Below, in pieces: positions 44,371-55,211 of a stretch of 64,000 nt of DNA (its first letter is position 1; each line of letters opens with the position of its first letter). Source of the stretch: Eubacteriales bacterium (GTDB taxonomy: Bacteria > Bacillota > Clostridia > Oscillospirales > CAG-272); NCBI GenBank assembly GCA_045543955.1, contig JAZPYB010000025.1, positions 23,289-87,288 of the forward strand, in the 5' to 3' direction. The notes beneath the pieces were generated by a model that did not search any database, was not told the origin of the DNA, and saw only the letters and a list, made by a program, of their open reading frames with translations. Position numbers and translations under genes: made by a program.

Positions 44371-47350
44371 ATGAAGAAAATACTTTCACTTTTATTACTA
44401 ATATTTTTAATGATTGGAATTGCCGGCTGTGCTAAACCAAACACCGACACTGACCAGTCAACATCTGACACAGAGACAGAAGCTATTATAATAGCTGTTA
44501 AGCTTGAGCTAGATGGCGGAAAGGTTTCTTACAGCAAGAATTTTGAATGGGATGCAGGGGATGAAATCGAGCTTCCCAATGCTACCAAAGATGGCTATAA
44601 ATTCCTTGGCTGGTACATAGGGGAAGAAAAAATTGACTTCCCATACACATCGGAAGAGGATGTCACATTTGTTGCAAAATGGGAAAAATTAACCGAGACA
44701 GACACTGAGGACGGCGATAACACAGCTACAGAAAGTGATGGCAATGAGGACGAAGCAACTTCAGACACCGACGAGTCAGCATCTGACACGGAAACCGATA
44801 CAAAGATTAATATTACATTTGACCCTAATGGTGGCGAAATTATAACAGGGGAAGCCACACGTCAAGCAACTCCAGGTAAAAACTTTGCGCTTGTTCCAGA
44901 AGTGGAAAAGGACGGATATGAGTTTGTTGGCTGGACAACCGAAGATGGCGAGGCTGTAGACGTTCCTTTTGTTGTTCCAGATGTTGATACAACATATTAT
45001 GCAAAGTGGTCTAAGATAACAAATGATGATACAGAAACCAATACTGACGATGATGTAGATACGGAAACTGAATCTGAAACCGAAACCGAAACTGAGACCG
45101 AAACTGAGACCGAAACCGAATCAGAAACGGATACAAGTACAGAAAGTGAATATGTTCCGCCATTACTTGATCACGACACCATAAATTATACACCAAGATA
45201 TTCAACCGATAAAAAGAAGCTATATTATGGCTCATATTCTGTCAAGGTTCCTTTGATAACAGAATATTATAACAACATGTCAGCTGCTCTTTCTATGAGC
45301 TTTGATGATGGTGCCGATGTTGATGCAGCATTCCTTGCATCAGAAATTATGTCGGAGTACGGCTTCAAGGGTACTCTTATGGTAAATATAGGCAATATTC
45401 AAGGCAACCTTTCAAGATGGCAGGAGCTTGTTGCTCTTGGCACACTTGATATTGGCTCGCATGGATGGGCACACAAGGACCCTAGCACAATTACAACTGA
45501 TGAATTAGAGCACGAAGTTAAAGATTCTTATGATTTTTTGCAAGAAAACTTTGGTGCGTATAACCCGGTTACATATGCAACTCCTTTGTCCCATTTAACT
45601 GATGAATATAAGGAATATTTAAAGTATTGTGGTTTCATTTCAAACCGCTTGGAAACCTTTGGAACAATGATTTCTCCAAGCAAGGAGGAAGCTGATATGT
45701 ACACCTTATATTCAAAGAGAATTGATACTGGCAACAATGTAGAAACAAATGTAAGGATAAATATTGGCGATGCTTTGGCTGCCGGAAAATGGTTTATAGA
45801 GCTTTACCACAATGTGAGAGATAATAGAGATGGCACTGACGTGCCTGTTGAAGATTTTAGAAATCATTGTAAGTGGCTCTATGATAACTATAATGGCAAG
45901 GTTTGGTTTGGCTCATACGACGATGTTTCAAAGTATATTGCTCAAAGACAAACAGCAACCATTGAATATACAGCAGCTGATAGTGAGTCTATGACATTCC
46001 TTGCCAAGGTTGATAAAAACTATGGACAAGAAATGACTCTTAAATTCTATATGCCATTCTTTATTGATTCTGCATACGCAATAATTGATGGCGAAACACA
46101 ATATCTAAAGGTTGAAAAGGAGCCTAATACAAGAGTTGTATACATTAACACCGAAATTAGCGAGCAAGGTACAGAGATAAAAATCGTTATGGGTGGAAAT
46201 GACAAGTATTTTAACAACTGTACTCACACATATGTAGAAAACAATGTTGTTGCTCCAACAGAAGATAGCTTCGGCTATACTGAAATGATTTGTACAAACT
46301 GCGAGCATACATACAAAAAAGCATATACAGAGTATGTTGACCCGTCAGAAGCTACAACGGTCAGCTTCAATGGGGAAACTCTTTCAGCACCAACACTTAC
46401 AAATTATTATCACAATTATAGCTCCGCTGTTTCATTTACAATAGATGATGGATATGATGGTAACACCGCTACAAATGTTGCAGATGTTATGGAAAAGTAT
46501 GATATGCGTTGTACTGCTATGTTAAATCCTTGCTTTGTAGATGAGGAAGCAACGATAAAAAAATGGCAAGATGCTTTGGCGAGAGGCTGTCTTTGACATA
46601 GGCTGCCACGGCTATTCTCATATAAGCGCAGATGAACTAGCCTCTAGTGATTACGAGCACGAGGTAAAAGAGGCTATTGAATATTTAAGAGAGACGTTTC
46701 CTGGTCAAGAGGTTTTGACCTTTGCCGCTGCATTTAATACGGTAACTCTTAATTATTTAGCATACCTTGACGATTATGCAATTTCTTGCAGAATTGGTGG
46801 AAATGGTCAACAAGCATATTTAGGTAGTGATTTTGACAAATATATCATTAAAGCATTTGGATTTAATGAAAACACCAATTTCACTACATTGCAAGCTCAA
46901 ACAGACGAGCTTGTAAAAAACGGCGCTTGGGTTGTGTACTTTTTCCACACAGTAACGGATGCAGAGCCTTATGAAGATGTTGGTACTAGCAAGGCGGTGC
47001 TTGATGCTCATTGCAAAGCTTTATATGATAAATATAATGGTGATGTTTGGTTTGGCTCGTTCCAGGACGTTTCAATTTATTCATATCAGCTTGAAAATGT
47101 AAAAATCACACCAACTAACCTAGAAGGCGAAACAATGGTGTTCAATGTGAATACAACACTAGACACCGATATTTACAACATTCCAATGTCAATAAAAATA
47201 AATATTCCATCAAGCTCTGATAGCGCGTATGCCTTAGTAAATGGCACAAGGCAAAATGTTGAAATAGTAACAGAGCAAGACGGAAACAAATATATATGTG
47301 TATTAGACGTTCCAATTAATAACTCAACAGTTGAAATATGCTTTGATTAA
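44371..47350 (+). pseudogene. Lipoprotein with 2 Listeria-Bacteroides (Flg_new) repeats and two tandem NodB polysaccharide-deacetylase modules, interrupted by a +1 frameshift near 46582
   Basis: The lipobox is MIGIAG|C, and the Flg_new repeats contain GYKFLGWY..FVAKWEK and GYEFVGWT..YYAKWSK. Module 1 has SFDDG and GSHGWAH. Module 2 has TIDDG in frame A (stop at 46594-46596) and GCHGYSH in frame B (ORF 46571..47350). Skipping A46582 gives WQDALAEAVFDIGCHGYSH, colinear with WQELVALGTLDIGSHGWAH of module 1. Confidence 0.75.
45058..45150 (+). repeat. Hexanucleotide tandem repeat (GAnACn) encoding a TE/SE linker
   Basis: The sequence gaaactgaatctgaaaccgaaaccgaaactgagaccgaaactgagaccgaaaccgaatcagaaacg is visible directly. 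It is the same repeat class as 38417..38530. Confidence 0.9.
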
Positions 47351-47404
47351 GCGTGATACAAACAAATGAACATTTGTGCATATAATAATGCGAAAAGAAG
47401 GAAT

Positions 47405-47436
47405 AATAAAAGCTCCGATTTCTCGGAGCTTTTTAA
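47405..47436. terminator. Bidirectional terminator between convergent genes
   Basis: agctccga-tttc-tcggagct is flanked by A and T runs. Confidence 0.85.
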
Positions 47437-47449
47437 TTTAACTTTTATC

Positions 47450-49255
47450 TTATTTTGAAAGTCTTTCTTCAAGAGCCTTGAGCTCGTCATACATAGTAGC
47501 TGGAACTCTATCTCCAACTTGAGCGTAGAATGCTTTAATGTTTTCAACATCCTCAAGCCAAGAAGCCTTGTCAACGGAGAGAAGACCCTCAATTGTGTCA
47601 ACGTCGATATCAAGACCGTCAATGTTGATGTCCTTAGCGTAAGGAACATAACCGATAGCAGTCTCTCTTGCGTCAACCTTATCCTCACATCTTTGGAGAA
47701 TCCAATCAAGAACTCTCATATTATCGCCAAATCCAGGCCAAATGAAGTGTCCCTCATCATCAGTTCTGAACCAGTTAACGTGGAAAATCTTTGGAGCATT
47801 AGGAATCTTTTTGCCCATATCAAGCCAGTGTTGGAAGTAATCGCCCATATTGTAGCCAACGAATGGTCTCATTGCCATTGGGTCACGACGAACTACGCCA
47901 ACTGCACCAGCAGCAGCTGCTGTTGTCTCGGAAGCCATGATTGAACCAACAAATGAGCCGTGTTGCCAACCGAATGATTGATATACAAGTGGAGCTGTCT
48001 TTGCGCGACGGCCACCAAATACGATAGCTGAAATTGGAACGCCTGCAGGATTATCAAATTCCTTTGAAATGCATGGGCAGTTCTTAGCAAGAGCAGTAAA
48101 TCTTGAGTTAGGATGAGCAGCAGAGGTGTTAACCTTATCCTTCTTGTCATACTTAGCCTTATCCCACTTTTCGCCCTTCCAGTTGATGCAGTTGTCAGGA
48201 GCATTGTCGTTAAGACCCTCCCACCATACTGTGTTATTATCGAGCACGTGACCAACGTTTGTAAAGATTGTATCTCTCATAGTAGTAGCCAAAGCATTTG
48301 GATTTGACTTATCGTTAGTACCAGGAGCAACACCGAAGAAACCGTTTTCTGGGTTGATTGCCCAAAGTCTACCATCCTTACCAACACGGAGCCAAGCGAT
48401 ATCGTCGCCTACGCACCATACCTTATAGCCCTTGTCTGTGTATGTCTTAGGTGGAATAAGCATTGCAAGGTTTGTCTTACCACAAGCGGATGGGAATGCA
48501 GCAGAGATATATTTTGTTTCGCCATTTGGATATTCAACACCCAAAATAAGCATATGCTCAGCCATCCAGCCCTCTTTGCGACCGAGGTAGGAAGCAATTC
48601 TAAGTGCAAAGCACTTCTTACCAAGAAGAACGTTTCCACCGTAACCGGAGTTAACTGACCAGATTGTGTTGTCCTCTGGGAAGTGACAGATATAACGATT
48701 GTCCTCGTCAATATCCTTTCTTGCGTGTAGGCCCTTAATAAAGCCCTCGCCGTCGCCCATAGCCTCAGCAACGTGCTTGCCAGCTCTTGTCATAATAAGC
48801 ATATTAAGTACAACATAAATGGAGTCTGTAAGCTCGATACCATACTTAGCAAAGCTTGAGCCAACTTGACCCATAGCATAAGGAATAACATACATTGTAC
48901 GACCCTTGTAGGAGTTTTTGTAAAGCTTAGAAAGCTTTTCATAGCATTCCTTTGGATCCATCCAGTTGTTTATATTACCAGCATCCTCTTTTGTTCTTGT
49001 ACAGATAAATGTTCTACCCTCAACACGAGCAACGTCGTTGATAGCAGTTCTGTGAAGATAGCAGTTAGGAAGAATTTCTTCGTTTAGCTTTTCAAGCTCT
49101 CCGGTTGAGCACGCCTCATCCTTTAAAGCCTGTGTTTGCTCCTCGGAGCCGTCAATCCAAACAATTTTGTCTGGGTTAACCATTTCAGCCATTTCCTCAA
49201 TCCAGTCAAGGATAAGCTTAGAATCGGTTAAAGCTTTGTTTTCAAATTTAAGCAT
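47450..49255 (-). CDS. pck: Phosphoenolpyruvate carboxykinase (GTP)
   Basis: It has the kinase-1a motif AAFPSACGKTNLAML and the length (601 aa) typical of the GTP class. Confidence 0.93.
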   Translation of the reverse strand: MLKFENKALTDSKLILDWIEEMAEMVNPDKIVWIDGSEEQTQALKDEACSTGELEKLNEEILPNCYLHRTAINDVARVEGRTFICTRTKEDAGNINNWMDPKECYEKLSKLYKNSYKGRTMYVIPYAMGQVGSSFAKYGIELTDSIYVVLNMLIMTRAGKHVAEAMGDGEGFIKGLHARKDIDEDNRYICHFPEDNTIWSVNSGYGGNVLLGKKCFALRIASYLGRKEGWMAEHMLILGVEYPNGETKYISAAFPSACGKTNLAMLIPPKTYTDKGYKVWCVGDDIAWLRVGKDGRLWAINPENGFFGVAPGTNDKSNPNALATTMRDTIFTNVGHVLDNNTVWWEGLNDNAPDNCINWKGEKWDKAKYDKKDKVNTSAAHPNSRFTALAKNCPCISKEFDNPAGVPISAIVFGGRRAKTAPLVYQSFGWQHGSFVGSIMASETTAAAAGAVGVVRRDPMAMRPFVGYNMGDYFQHWLDMGKKIPNAPKIFHVNWFRTDDEGHFIWPGFGDNMRVLDWILQRCEDKVDARETAIGYVPYAKDINIDGLDIDVDTIEGLLSVDKASWLEDVENIKAFYAQVGDRVPATMYDELKALEERLSK

Positions 49256-49392
49256 TCTGTATATACCTCTTTCATAAAAATAACAAAATTTAAGTTAAAC
49301 CCAAATTTAACCACTATAATTATAGCACATTAAATATTATGTTTGCAATATAAAAATGTAATATTTTAAAGAAAAAACACGTATTTTTTTAC

Positions 49393-50370
49393 TTATTTTA
49401 AGATGTTGACAATTCTTTGACTCAAAACATCCTTTTCCTTTGGATGTATGTCGATATTATCGCACACATCACGGCAAATTACTGTATCAACAAATGGGAT
49501 TTCATTTTGTGCGCGTAACTGCTCAGCTTGGATTTTTGACCAGGCATATCCGGCACGGTCTAAGTGGTCTGCTAACTGAATTATAATAAAGCGCATATTG
49601 TCGTTTTTAAATTCACGTCGCCAAGAACCAATAAGCGCACGTAAAAACTCAAGATAGATATTTGATTCGTCAACGCTTGCGTTGCTCTCGCCTTGATACC
49701 AAAGCACCGTATTAAATGCAAATGGTATAATCTTTTCCATCATATGCTCCCAAAGAACTCCGTCATCGTTCCAAATAGGGAACCACTCGTGGTCTGCAAA
49801 GCGGTTTTCTATTTTAAATTCAGGAACTAAAGCATCCACTCTTGGCATCCAGCTTTGAATAACGGACGCACCCTGGTAGCATGCGATAAGACCTATTTTG
49901 CGCTCAGCCTTTGCCAGTCCCTGTGCTACGTAATATCCGATTGCACTGAAATTAGGCGCATTTTCCACTGTAAGAGGAATCCATCCGTCACGGCTTGAAA
50001 ATAATTCACCCGATTCCATGCGGTCAACGGTAAATAAGCGCACGTTGTCGTTTGCTTTATAGTTTTCTTTTTCTTCGCTTGATTCTCTTAATTTAAACTG
50101 CATATTTGACTGACCACTGAGCAAAATCACATCACCAAAATATACATTTTTAAGGGTGGAGAATATTCCATCAAGCTCGACTACAATATCGTATGGTCCA
50201 CCGTAATCAAATGGGTCAAATTCGATTAGCCACTCGCCACTTGATACAGCTTCCTTTCTTGTCCCATCAAGCGTGATTGCCGCCTTGCCACAGCCTGTGC
50301 CAAAAAAGCGAACTGTCTCTTTTGCTTGAAGAATCATATTACTTGCAAAAATAGGGTTAATTTGTACCAT
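49393..50370 (-). CDS. SGNH/DUF303-type sialate O-acetylesterase-like carbohydrate esterase, cytoplasmic
   Basis: It has the GQSNMQ catalytic-Ser motif. I chose the ATG at 50370, which has a GGGAGG RBS. The ORF-track start at 50415 has none. Confidence 0.65.
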   Translation of the reverse strand: MVQINPIFASNMILQAKETVRFFGTGCGKAAITLDGTRKEAVSSGEWLIEFDPFDYGGPYDIVVELDGIFSTLKNVYFGDVILLSGQSNMQFKLRESSEEKENYKANDNVRLFTVDRMESGELFSSRDGWIPLTVENAPNFSAIGYYVAQGLAKAERKIGLIACYQGASVIQSWMPRVDALVPEFKIENRFADHEWFPIWNDDGVLWEHMMEKIIPFAFNTVLWYQGESNASVDESNIYLEFLRALIGSWRREFKNDNMRFIIIQLADHLDRAGYAWSKIQAEQLRAQNEIPFVDTVICRDVCDNIDIHPKEKDVLSQRIVNILK

Positions 50371-50471
50371 AAGTGCCTCCCTGAAAAAATCTACTACTAT
50401 TTTACCATAAACCATTTAAAAATCAAGCAAAAAATGGTAAAATATTCTTATAAATATAATTTGGAGAAAAT

Positions 50472-50915
50472 ATGGAAATAGAGAGAAAGTTTTTGATTGG
50501 CGCTTTGCCCGATTTGAAAGAACATCGCCATAGCGAAATAATTCAAGGCTACATCAGCTTTTCGCCAGAAATCAGGGTGAGGCGGTTAGATGATAAATAT
50601 TATCGCACCGAAAAGGGCGAGGGTATGATTATGCGCGAGGAATACGAGTGGGAAATTGATAAAGAAACAGCCGAAAAAATGTTCAACGAGGTAAAAACCA
50701 ACCTAATAGAGAAGACAAGATACTATATTCCTTATGGAAAGCACATAATAGAGCTTGACATTTACAAGGGGATTTTTAAAGGACTTGTCGTTGCAGAGGT
50801 CGAGTTTGAAAGCTTAGAAGAGGCGCACAAATTTACCCCACCCGAGTGGTTTTTAGAGGACATAAGCGAGAAAAGAGAATATAGGAACAAAATTTTAGCA
50901 TTAAAAAATCGTTAA
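50472..50915 (+). CDS. CYTH-domain (triphosphate tunnel metalloenzyme) protein
   Basis: It has the N-terminal EIERKFL signature. Length is 147 aa. Confidence 0.8.
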   Translation: MEIERKFLIGALPDLKEHRHSEIIQGYISFSPEIRVRRLDDKYYRTEKGEGMIMREEYEWEIDKETAEKMFNEVKTNLIEKTRYYIPYGKHIIELDIYKGIFKGLVVAEVEFESLEEAHKFTPPEWFLEDISEKREYRNKILALKNR

Positions 50916-50918
50916 CTA

Positions 50919-50947
50919 TTGACAAAAACAATGTATTTTGTTAAAAT
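50919..50947 (+). promoter_or_regulatory. Sigma-A promoter of tyrS
   Basis: It reads TTGACA, a 17-nt spacer, then TAAAAT. Confidence 0.6.
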
Positions 50948-51057
50948 TATCAATATATTATAGGATTTATACTTTGCGCGTTGCTTTAGCGCGTCATTCC
51001 AAGCGTAGCCGAGGAATCTAAAGTATGCCAAAATCTCAAAGGACAATGAGGTATAAA

Positions 51058-52281
51058 ATGAAGATTTATGACGAATTAGTTGCCCGCGGACTTATAGCAC
51101 AGGTAACAAACGAAGAAGAAATTAGAGAAATGATTGACAACGGTAAAGCCGTTTTCTATATAGGCTTTGACCCAACAGCAGATAGCTTACACGTTGGGCA
51201 CTTTATGGCGCTTTGCCTAATGAAAAGGCTTCAAATGGCAGGCAACCGTCCAATCGCACTTATCGGTGGTGGAACTGCATATATAGGCGACCCATCTGGC
51301 AGAACAGATATGCGTTCAATGATGACAAAGGAGTCAATTGAGCATAACTGTGAATGCTTTAAAAAGCAAATGTCTCGCTTTATCGAGTTTGGAGAGGGCA
51401 AGGCGATGATGGTAAATAATGCTGATTGGCTTCTTGACCTTAACTATATCGAGTTTATTCGTGATATTGGCGCTTGCTTCTCGGTTAATAATATGCTAAG
51501 AGCAAAGTGCTATGAGCAAAGACTTGAAAAGGGTCTTTCATTCCTTGAATTTAACTATATGCTTATGCAATCCTACGACTTTTTGGAGCTATATAACCGT
51601 TATGGCTGTAATATGCAGTTCGGTGGAGATGACCAATGGTCAAATATGCTCGGCGGCACTGAGCTTATAAGAAAGAAGCTCGGCAAGGATGCACACGCAA
51701 TGACAATTACTCTCTTGCTCAATTCTGAAGGCAAGAAAATGGGTAAAACTCAATCAGGCGCTGTATGGCTTGACCCAAATAAAACTGCACCATATGATTT
51801 CTATCAATATTGGAGAAACGTTGCTGATGCAGATGTATTAAAATGCATTAGAATGCTCACATTCTTGCCACTTGAAGAAATTGACAAGATGGACACTTGG
51901 GAGGGCAGTCAGCTAAATACTGCAAAGGAAATTCTTGCATATGAGCTTACAAAGCTCGTTCACGGCGAGGAAGAAGCAGAGAAGGCACAAGCAGCTGCTA
52001 AATCAATTTTCGGTGCAGGCGGTAGCGATAATATGCCAACAGAAGCACTCTCAAATGACGACTTTATTGATGGCAAAATTGATATTCTTTCAATTCTTGT
52101 TAAGGCTGGTCTTACCCCATCTAGAAGTGAGGCAAGACGCGCAGTTGAGCAAGGCGGCGTTACAGTTGACGGTGACAAGGTAACGGACATAAGAAAGGCA
52201 TATACAACCGACGAGGTAGCAAACGGCTTGGTTGTCCGCCGCGGTAAGAAGGCATTTAAAAAGGTAATAGTAGAGGCTTGA
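51058..52281 (+). CDS. tyrS: Tyrosine--tRNA ligase
   Basis: It has the HIGH-type HVGH, the KMSKS-type KMGKT and a C-terminal S4 domain. The start at 51058 has a GAGGT RBS. Confidence 0.93.
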   Translation: MKIYDELVARGLIAQVTNEEEIREMIDNGKAVFYIGFDPTADSLHVGHFMALCLMKRLQMAGNRPIALIGGGTAYIGDPSGRTDMRSMMTKESIEHNCECFKKQMSRFIEFGEGKAMMVNNADWLLDLNYIEFIRDIGACFSVNNMLRAKCYEQRLEKGLSFLEFNYMLMQSYDFLELYNRYGCNMQFGGDDQWSNMLGGTELIRKKLGKDAHAMTITLLLNSEGKKMGKTQSGAVWLDPNKTAPYDFYQYWRNVADADVLKCIRMLTFLPLEEIDKMDTWEGSQLNTAKEILAYELTKLVHGEEEAEKAQAAAKSIFGAGGSDNMPTEALSNDDFIDGKIDILSILVKAGLTPSRSEARRAVEQGGVTVDGDKVTDIRKAYTTDEVANGLVVRRGKKAFKKVIVEA

Positions 52282-52377
52282 TGACGGGTAAAACCAAAAT
52301 CACACTAAAAGTACAAAATCAATAGTAAAGGGGAGGGGCTTGCTCCTCCCGAAATATTAATAACGCATTTCAATGTA

Positions 52378-52406
52378 GAAAAGCACACAAACTTGTGTGC
52401 TTTTCT
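52378..52406 (+). terminator. Rho-independent terminator after tyrS
   Basis: gcacac-aaactt-gtgtgc is followed by T4. Confidence 0.65.
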
Positions 52407-52493
52407 TAATGTCATTTTTATTTTATGGTTGATTTTTATAATATAAAATGATAAACTATAAATAGTAAATTTTTACCTCGTAAGGAGAAGCAT

Positions 52494-55202
52494 ATGAAAT
52501 ACGAAAACAACTACTACAAGGATTACGACCTTGGCAATTTACCAAAGGATTCTATAAAGGAGCTTGAGGACTTATCGCTCGAAAGCGCTAAAGAGGGCAT
52601 TGTAATGCTTGAGAACAAAAACGATGTTCTCCCACTCAAAAAAGGCGACCACGTGTCCATATTTGGCAGAATACAGCGTGAATATTACAAGAGCGGAACA
52701 GGCTCAGGTGGTCTTGTTAACGTAAAATACGTAACAAATATAGTTGATGAGCTTAAAAAGTATGATGATATCAAAATCAATGAGGAGCTTTTGTCTGTTT
52801 ACGAGGAATGGAAAAAGGAAAATCCATTTGATAAAGGTCAGGGCTGGGGTGGAGAGCCTTGGTGCCAAAAGGAAATGGATATTGATATTGACCTTGTTAA
52901 AAAGGCAAGAAAATTTGGCGACAAGGCAATTGTTGTTATCGGACGTACAGCAGGCGAGGACAGAGATAACTCAGCAGCTGAGGGCAGCTACTTGCTTTCC
53001 AAAGGGGAAGAAGAGCTTCTTTCCAAGGTTTCAAGTGTATTTGATAAGGTGATAGTTATCTTAAACGTTGGCGCAATTATAGATATGAAATGGGTGAAGA
53101 AATATAACATTTCTTCTGTTTTATACGTATGGCAAGGCGGTATGTGTGGCGGTCGCGCTTGTGCTGAGGTCTTAATGGGCTATTCTCCATGTGGTAAGCT
53201 TGCAGATACTATCGCATATGATATTTCTGATTACTCATCAAGTGCAAACTTCGGTGGCGAGGATAAAAACCTTTATAAAGAGGACATATATGTAGGCTAT
53301 CGTTATTTTGAAACCTTCGCACCAGAAAAAGCGATTTATCCATTTGGCTATGGACTTTCCTATACATACTTTGAAATGGACAGCACGGCATGCTTGAAGG
53401 ATGGAAAAATTTGTGTTGAAGCAACTGTTGAAAACAGAGGTAATTATGACGGCAAGGAGGTAGTTCAAGTCTACTTCGGCGCACCTAATGGAAATCTTGG
53501 CAAGGCAAGATGCGAGCTTGTTGCTTATGCAAAAACAAAAATGCTCAAAAAGGGCGAAAAAGAGACACTCTCCCTTGAGTTTTCCATAAATGATATGGCG
53601 TGCTACGACGATTCCGGTGCTACTGGTAACAAGAATTGCTACGTGCTTGAGGCTGGTCAATATATAATTTATGTAGGAAACTCATCACGCAATCTTTTAC
53701 CTATTTTCGCGTATGTGCAAGACGAAACAGAGGTAGTAAGAAAATGCACACAAGCACTCGCACCTAAAATTCCATTTGAAAGAATGAAAAATGTTGACGG
53801 TAAGATTGAATATGAAGCTGTTCCAACTTTTGAATATGACCTTCTTGAAAGAATAAATAACAACCTACCAGCTGAAATTCCATTTACAGGAGATAAGGGC
53901 ATCAAGCTAGAGGATGTAAGATTGGGCAAAAATACCATTGATGAGTTTATTGCTCAACTAAATACCGACGAGCTTTGTTGCTTGGTTCGTGGAGAAGGAA
54001 TGAACTCTCCAAAGGTTACCCCAGGTACAGGATGTGCATTCGGTGGCGTAACCGAGGAGCTAAACGGCTATGGTGTTCCAATCATTTGTGGAACTGACGG
54101 ACCTTCCGGTATAAGAATGGATAGTGGCTCACCTGCGACAAGTATGCCAAACGGTACTTGCCTTGCTTGTACATTTAATGACGAGCTAGTATCTGATCTA
54201 TATTCACTTGAGGGAGTTGAGATGACCGCCTATGAAATAGACGTAATTCTAGGCCCTGGTATCAATATTCACAGAAGTCCACTCAATGGTAGAAACTTTG
54301 AGTATTTCTCAGAGGACCCATACTTAACAGGTAAAATGGCAGTTGCTATTTCCAAGGGTCTTAATAAGGTTGGAGTTTATGCAACAATTAAGCATTTTAT
54401 GGCTAATAGCCAGGAGTGGAAGCGTCATACAGGAGACTCAGTTATTTCTGAAAGAGCACTTCGCGAGATTTACGCACGCCCATTTGAAATTGCTGTAAAA
54501 GAGGGCGGTGTTAAGTCAATTATGACTGCATATAACGCAGTTAACGGCTATCACGCAGCATCTAACTATGACTTAACAAAGACAATTTTGCGCGATGACT
54601 GGGGATATGACGGCTTTGTAATGACCGACTGGTGGGCACACATAACTAACCTCGTAGATGCAACAACCTCAACAAATGACTTTGCTTCTATGGTTAAATG
54701 CCAAAACGACATTTATATGGTTATGGAAAATGCTAAAAATAATAATGATAACCTAAAGGCAAGCTTAGAAAGTGGATATCTAACAGTTGGCGAGCTTCAG
54801 GTTTGCGCAAAGCGTATTTGCGAGTTTGCAATGCAAACCCACGCATATGAAAGATTTAAGGCAAACGGATTTAAATATGATGCGTCAAGTCTTGAAACTG
54901 ATAATATGAGCCTCGAAGTAACACTCGAAAACGTTGAGCTCAACACAGTATTGCCGATGCACTTTAAAAAGCCGGGTAGATATGTGATAGAGCTTGAGTT
55001 TACAACTCCACAAAGTGAGCTTGCACAAATAAAAATTCCTATGAAAATAAACAATATGGAAGCTTGCACATTCGTCGCAAAGGGAACTAATGGTGGCACT
55101 GGAAAGGTTAAGGTAAGCGCCTCAATAATGCAATGGGAACAAAAGCTCGTTTTCAGCTCTGATAACGAGGTAAGTATCAAAAAGGTTAGATTTTATATTT
55201 GA
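52494..55202 (+). CDS. Glycoside hydrolase family 3 (beta-glucosidase-like) with permuted domain order, cytoplasmic
   Basis: The alpha/beta-sandwich 'C-domain' comes first (GRTAGEDRDN.., VILNVGAIIDM). A Fn3-like segment follows (EVVQVYFGAP...LEAGQY). The (beta/alpha)8 domain comes last (GPSGIRM, KHFMANSQE, nucleophile context GFVMTDWW). Confidence 0.85.
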   Translation: MKYENNYYKDYDLGNLPKDSIKELEDLSLESAKEGIVMLENKNDVLPLKKGDHVSIFGRIQREYYKSGTGSGGLVNVKYVTNIVDELKKYDDIKINEELLSVYEEWKKENPFDKGQGWGGEPWCQKEMDIDIDLVKKARKFGDKAIVVIGRTAGEDRDNSAAEGSYLLSKGEEELLSKVSSVFDKVIVILNVGAIIDMKWVKKYNISSVLYVWQGGMCGGRACAEVLMGYSPCGKLADTIAYDISDYSSSANFGGEDKNLYKEDIYVGYRYFETFAPEKAIYPFGYGLSYTYFEMDSTACLKDGKICVEATVENRGNYDGKEVVQVYFGAPNGNLGKARCELVAYAKTKMLKKGEKETLSLEFSINDMACYDDSGATGNKNCYVLEAGQYIIYVGNSSRNLLPIFAYVQDETEVVRKCTQALAPKIPFERMKNVDGKIEYEAVPTFEYDLLERINNNLPAEIPFTGDKGIKLEDVRLGKNTIDEFIAQLNTDELCCLVRGEGMNSPKVTPGTGCAFGGVTEELNGYGVPIICGTDGPSGIRMDSGSPATSMPNGTCLACTFNDELVSDLYSLEGVEMTAYEIDVILGPGINIHRSPLNGRNFEYFSEDPYLTGKMAVAISKGLNKVGVYATIKHFMANSQEWKRHTGDSVISERALREIYARPFEIAVKEGGVKSIMTAYNAVNGYHAASNYDLTKTILRDDWGYDGFVMTDWWAHITNLVDATTSTNDFASMVKCQNDIYMVMENAKNNNDNLKASLESGYLTVGELQVCAKRICEFAMQTHAYERFKANGFKYDASSLETDNMSLEVTLENVELNTVLPMHFKKPGRYVIELEFTTPQSELAQIKIPMKINNMEACTFVAKGTNGGTGKVKVSASIMQWEQKLVFSSDNEVSIKKVRFYI

Positions 55203-55211
55203 GGATAAAAA

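Noticed and set aside
46557-46563. The A7 homopolymer as the site of the deacetylase frameshift
   Set aside because: Repairing the frame there would replace the conserved KKWQDALA segment, which matches SRWQELVA in module 1, with KNGKMLWR. The alignment places the lesion near 46582 instead.
47347-47709. A 120-aa minus-strand ORF spanning the convergent terminator
   Set aside because: It overlaps the 3' end of pck in another frame, runs through the bidirectional terminator hairpin and has no RBS.
50916-51057. A possible T-box leader upstream of tyrS, and the ORF-track start at 51025
   Set aside because: The leader is only about 110 nt. It lacks the specifier-loop and T-box conserved sequences and has no terminator/antiterminator pair. 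The ATG at 51058 has the RBS and gives the canonical N-terminus [13 protein letters not shown].
52331-52350. A GC-rich hairpin (gggagg..cctccc) downstream of tyrS as a terminator or RNA element
   Set aside because: No U-tract follows it. The real terminator appears to be at 52378..52406. The sequence is too short to assign to an RNA family by eye.
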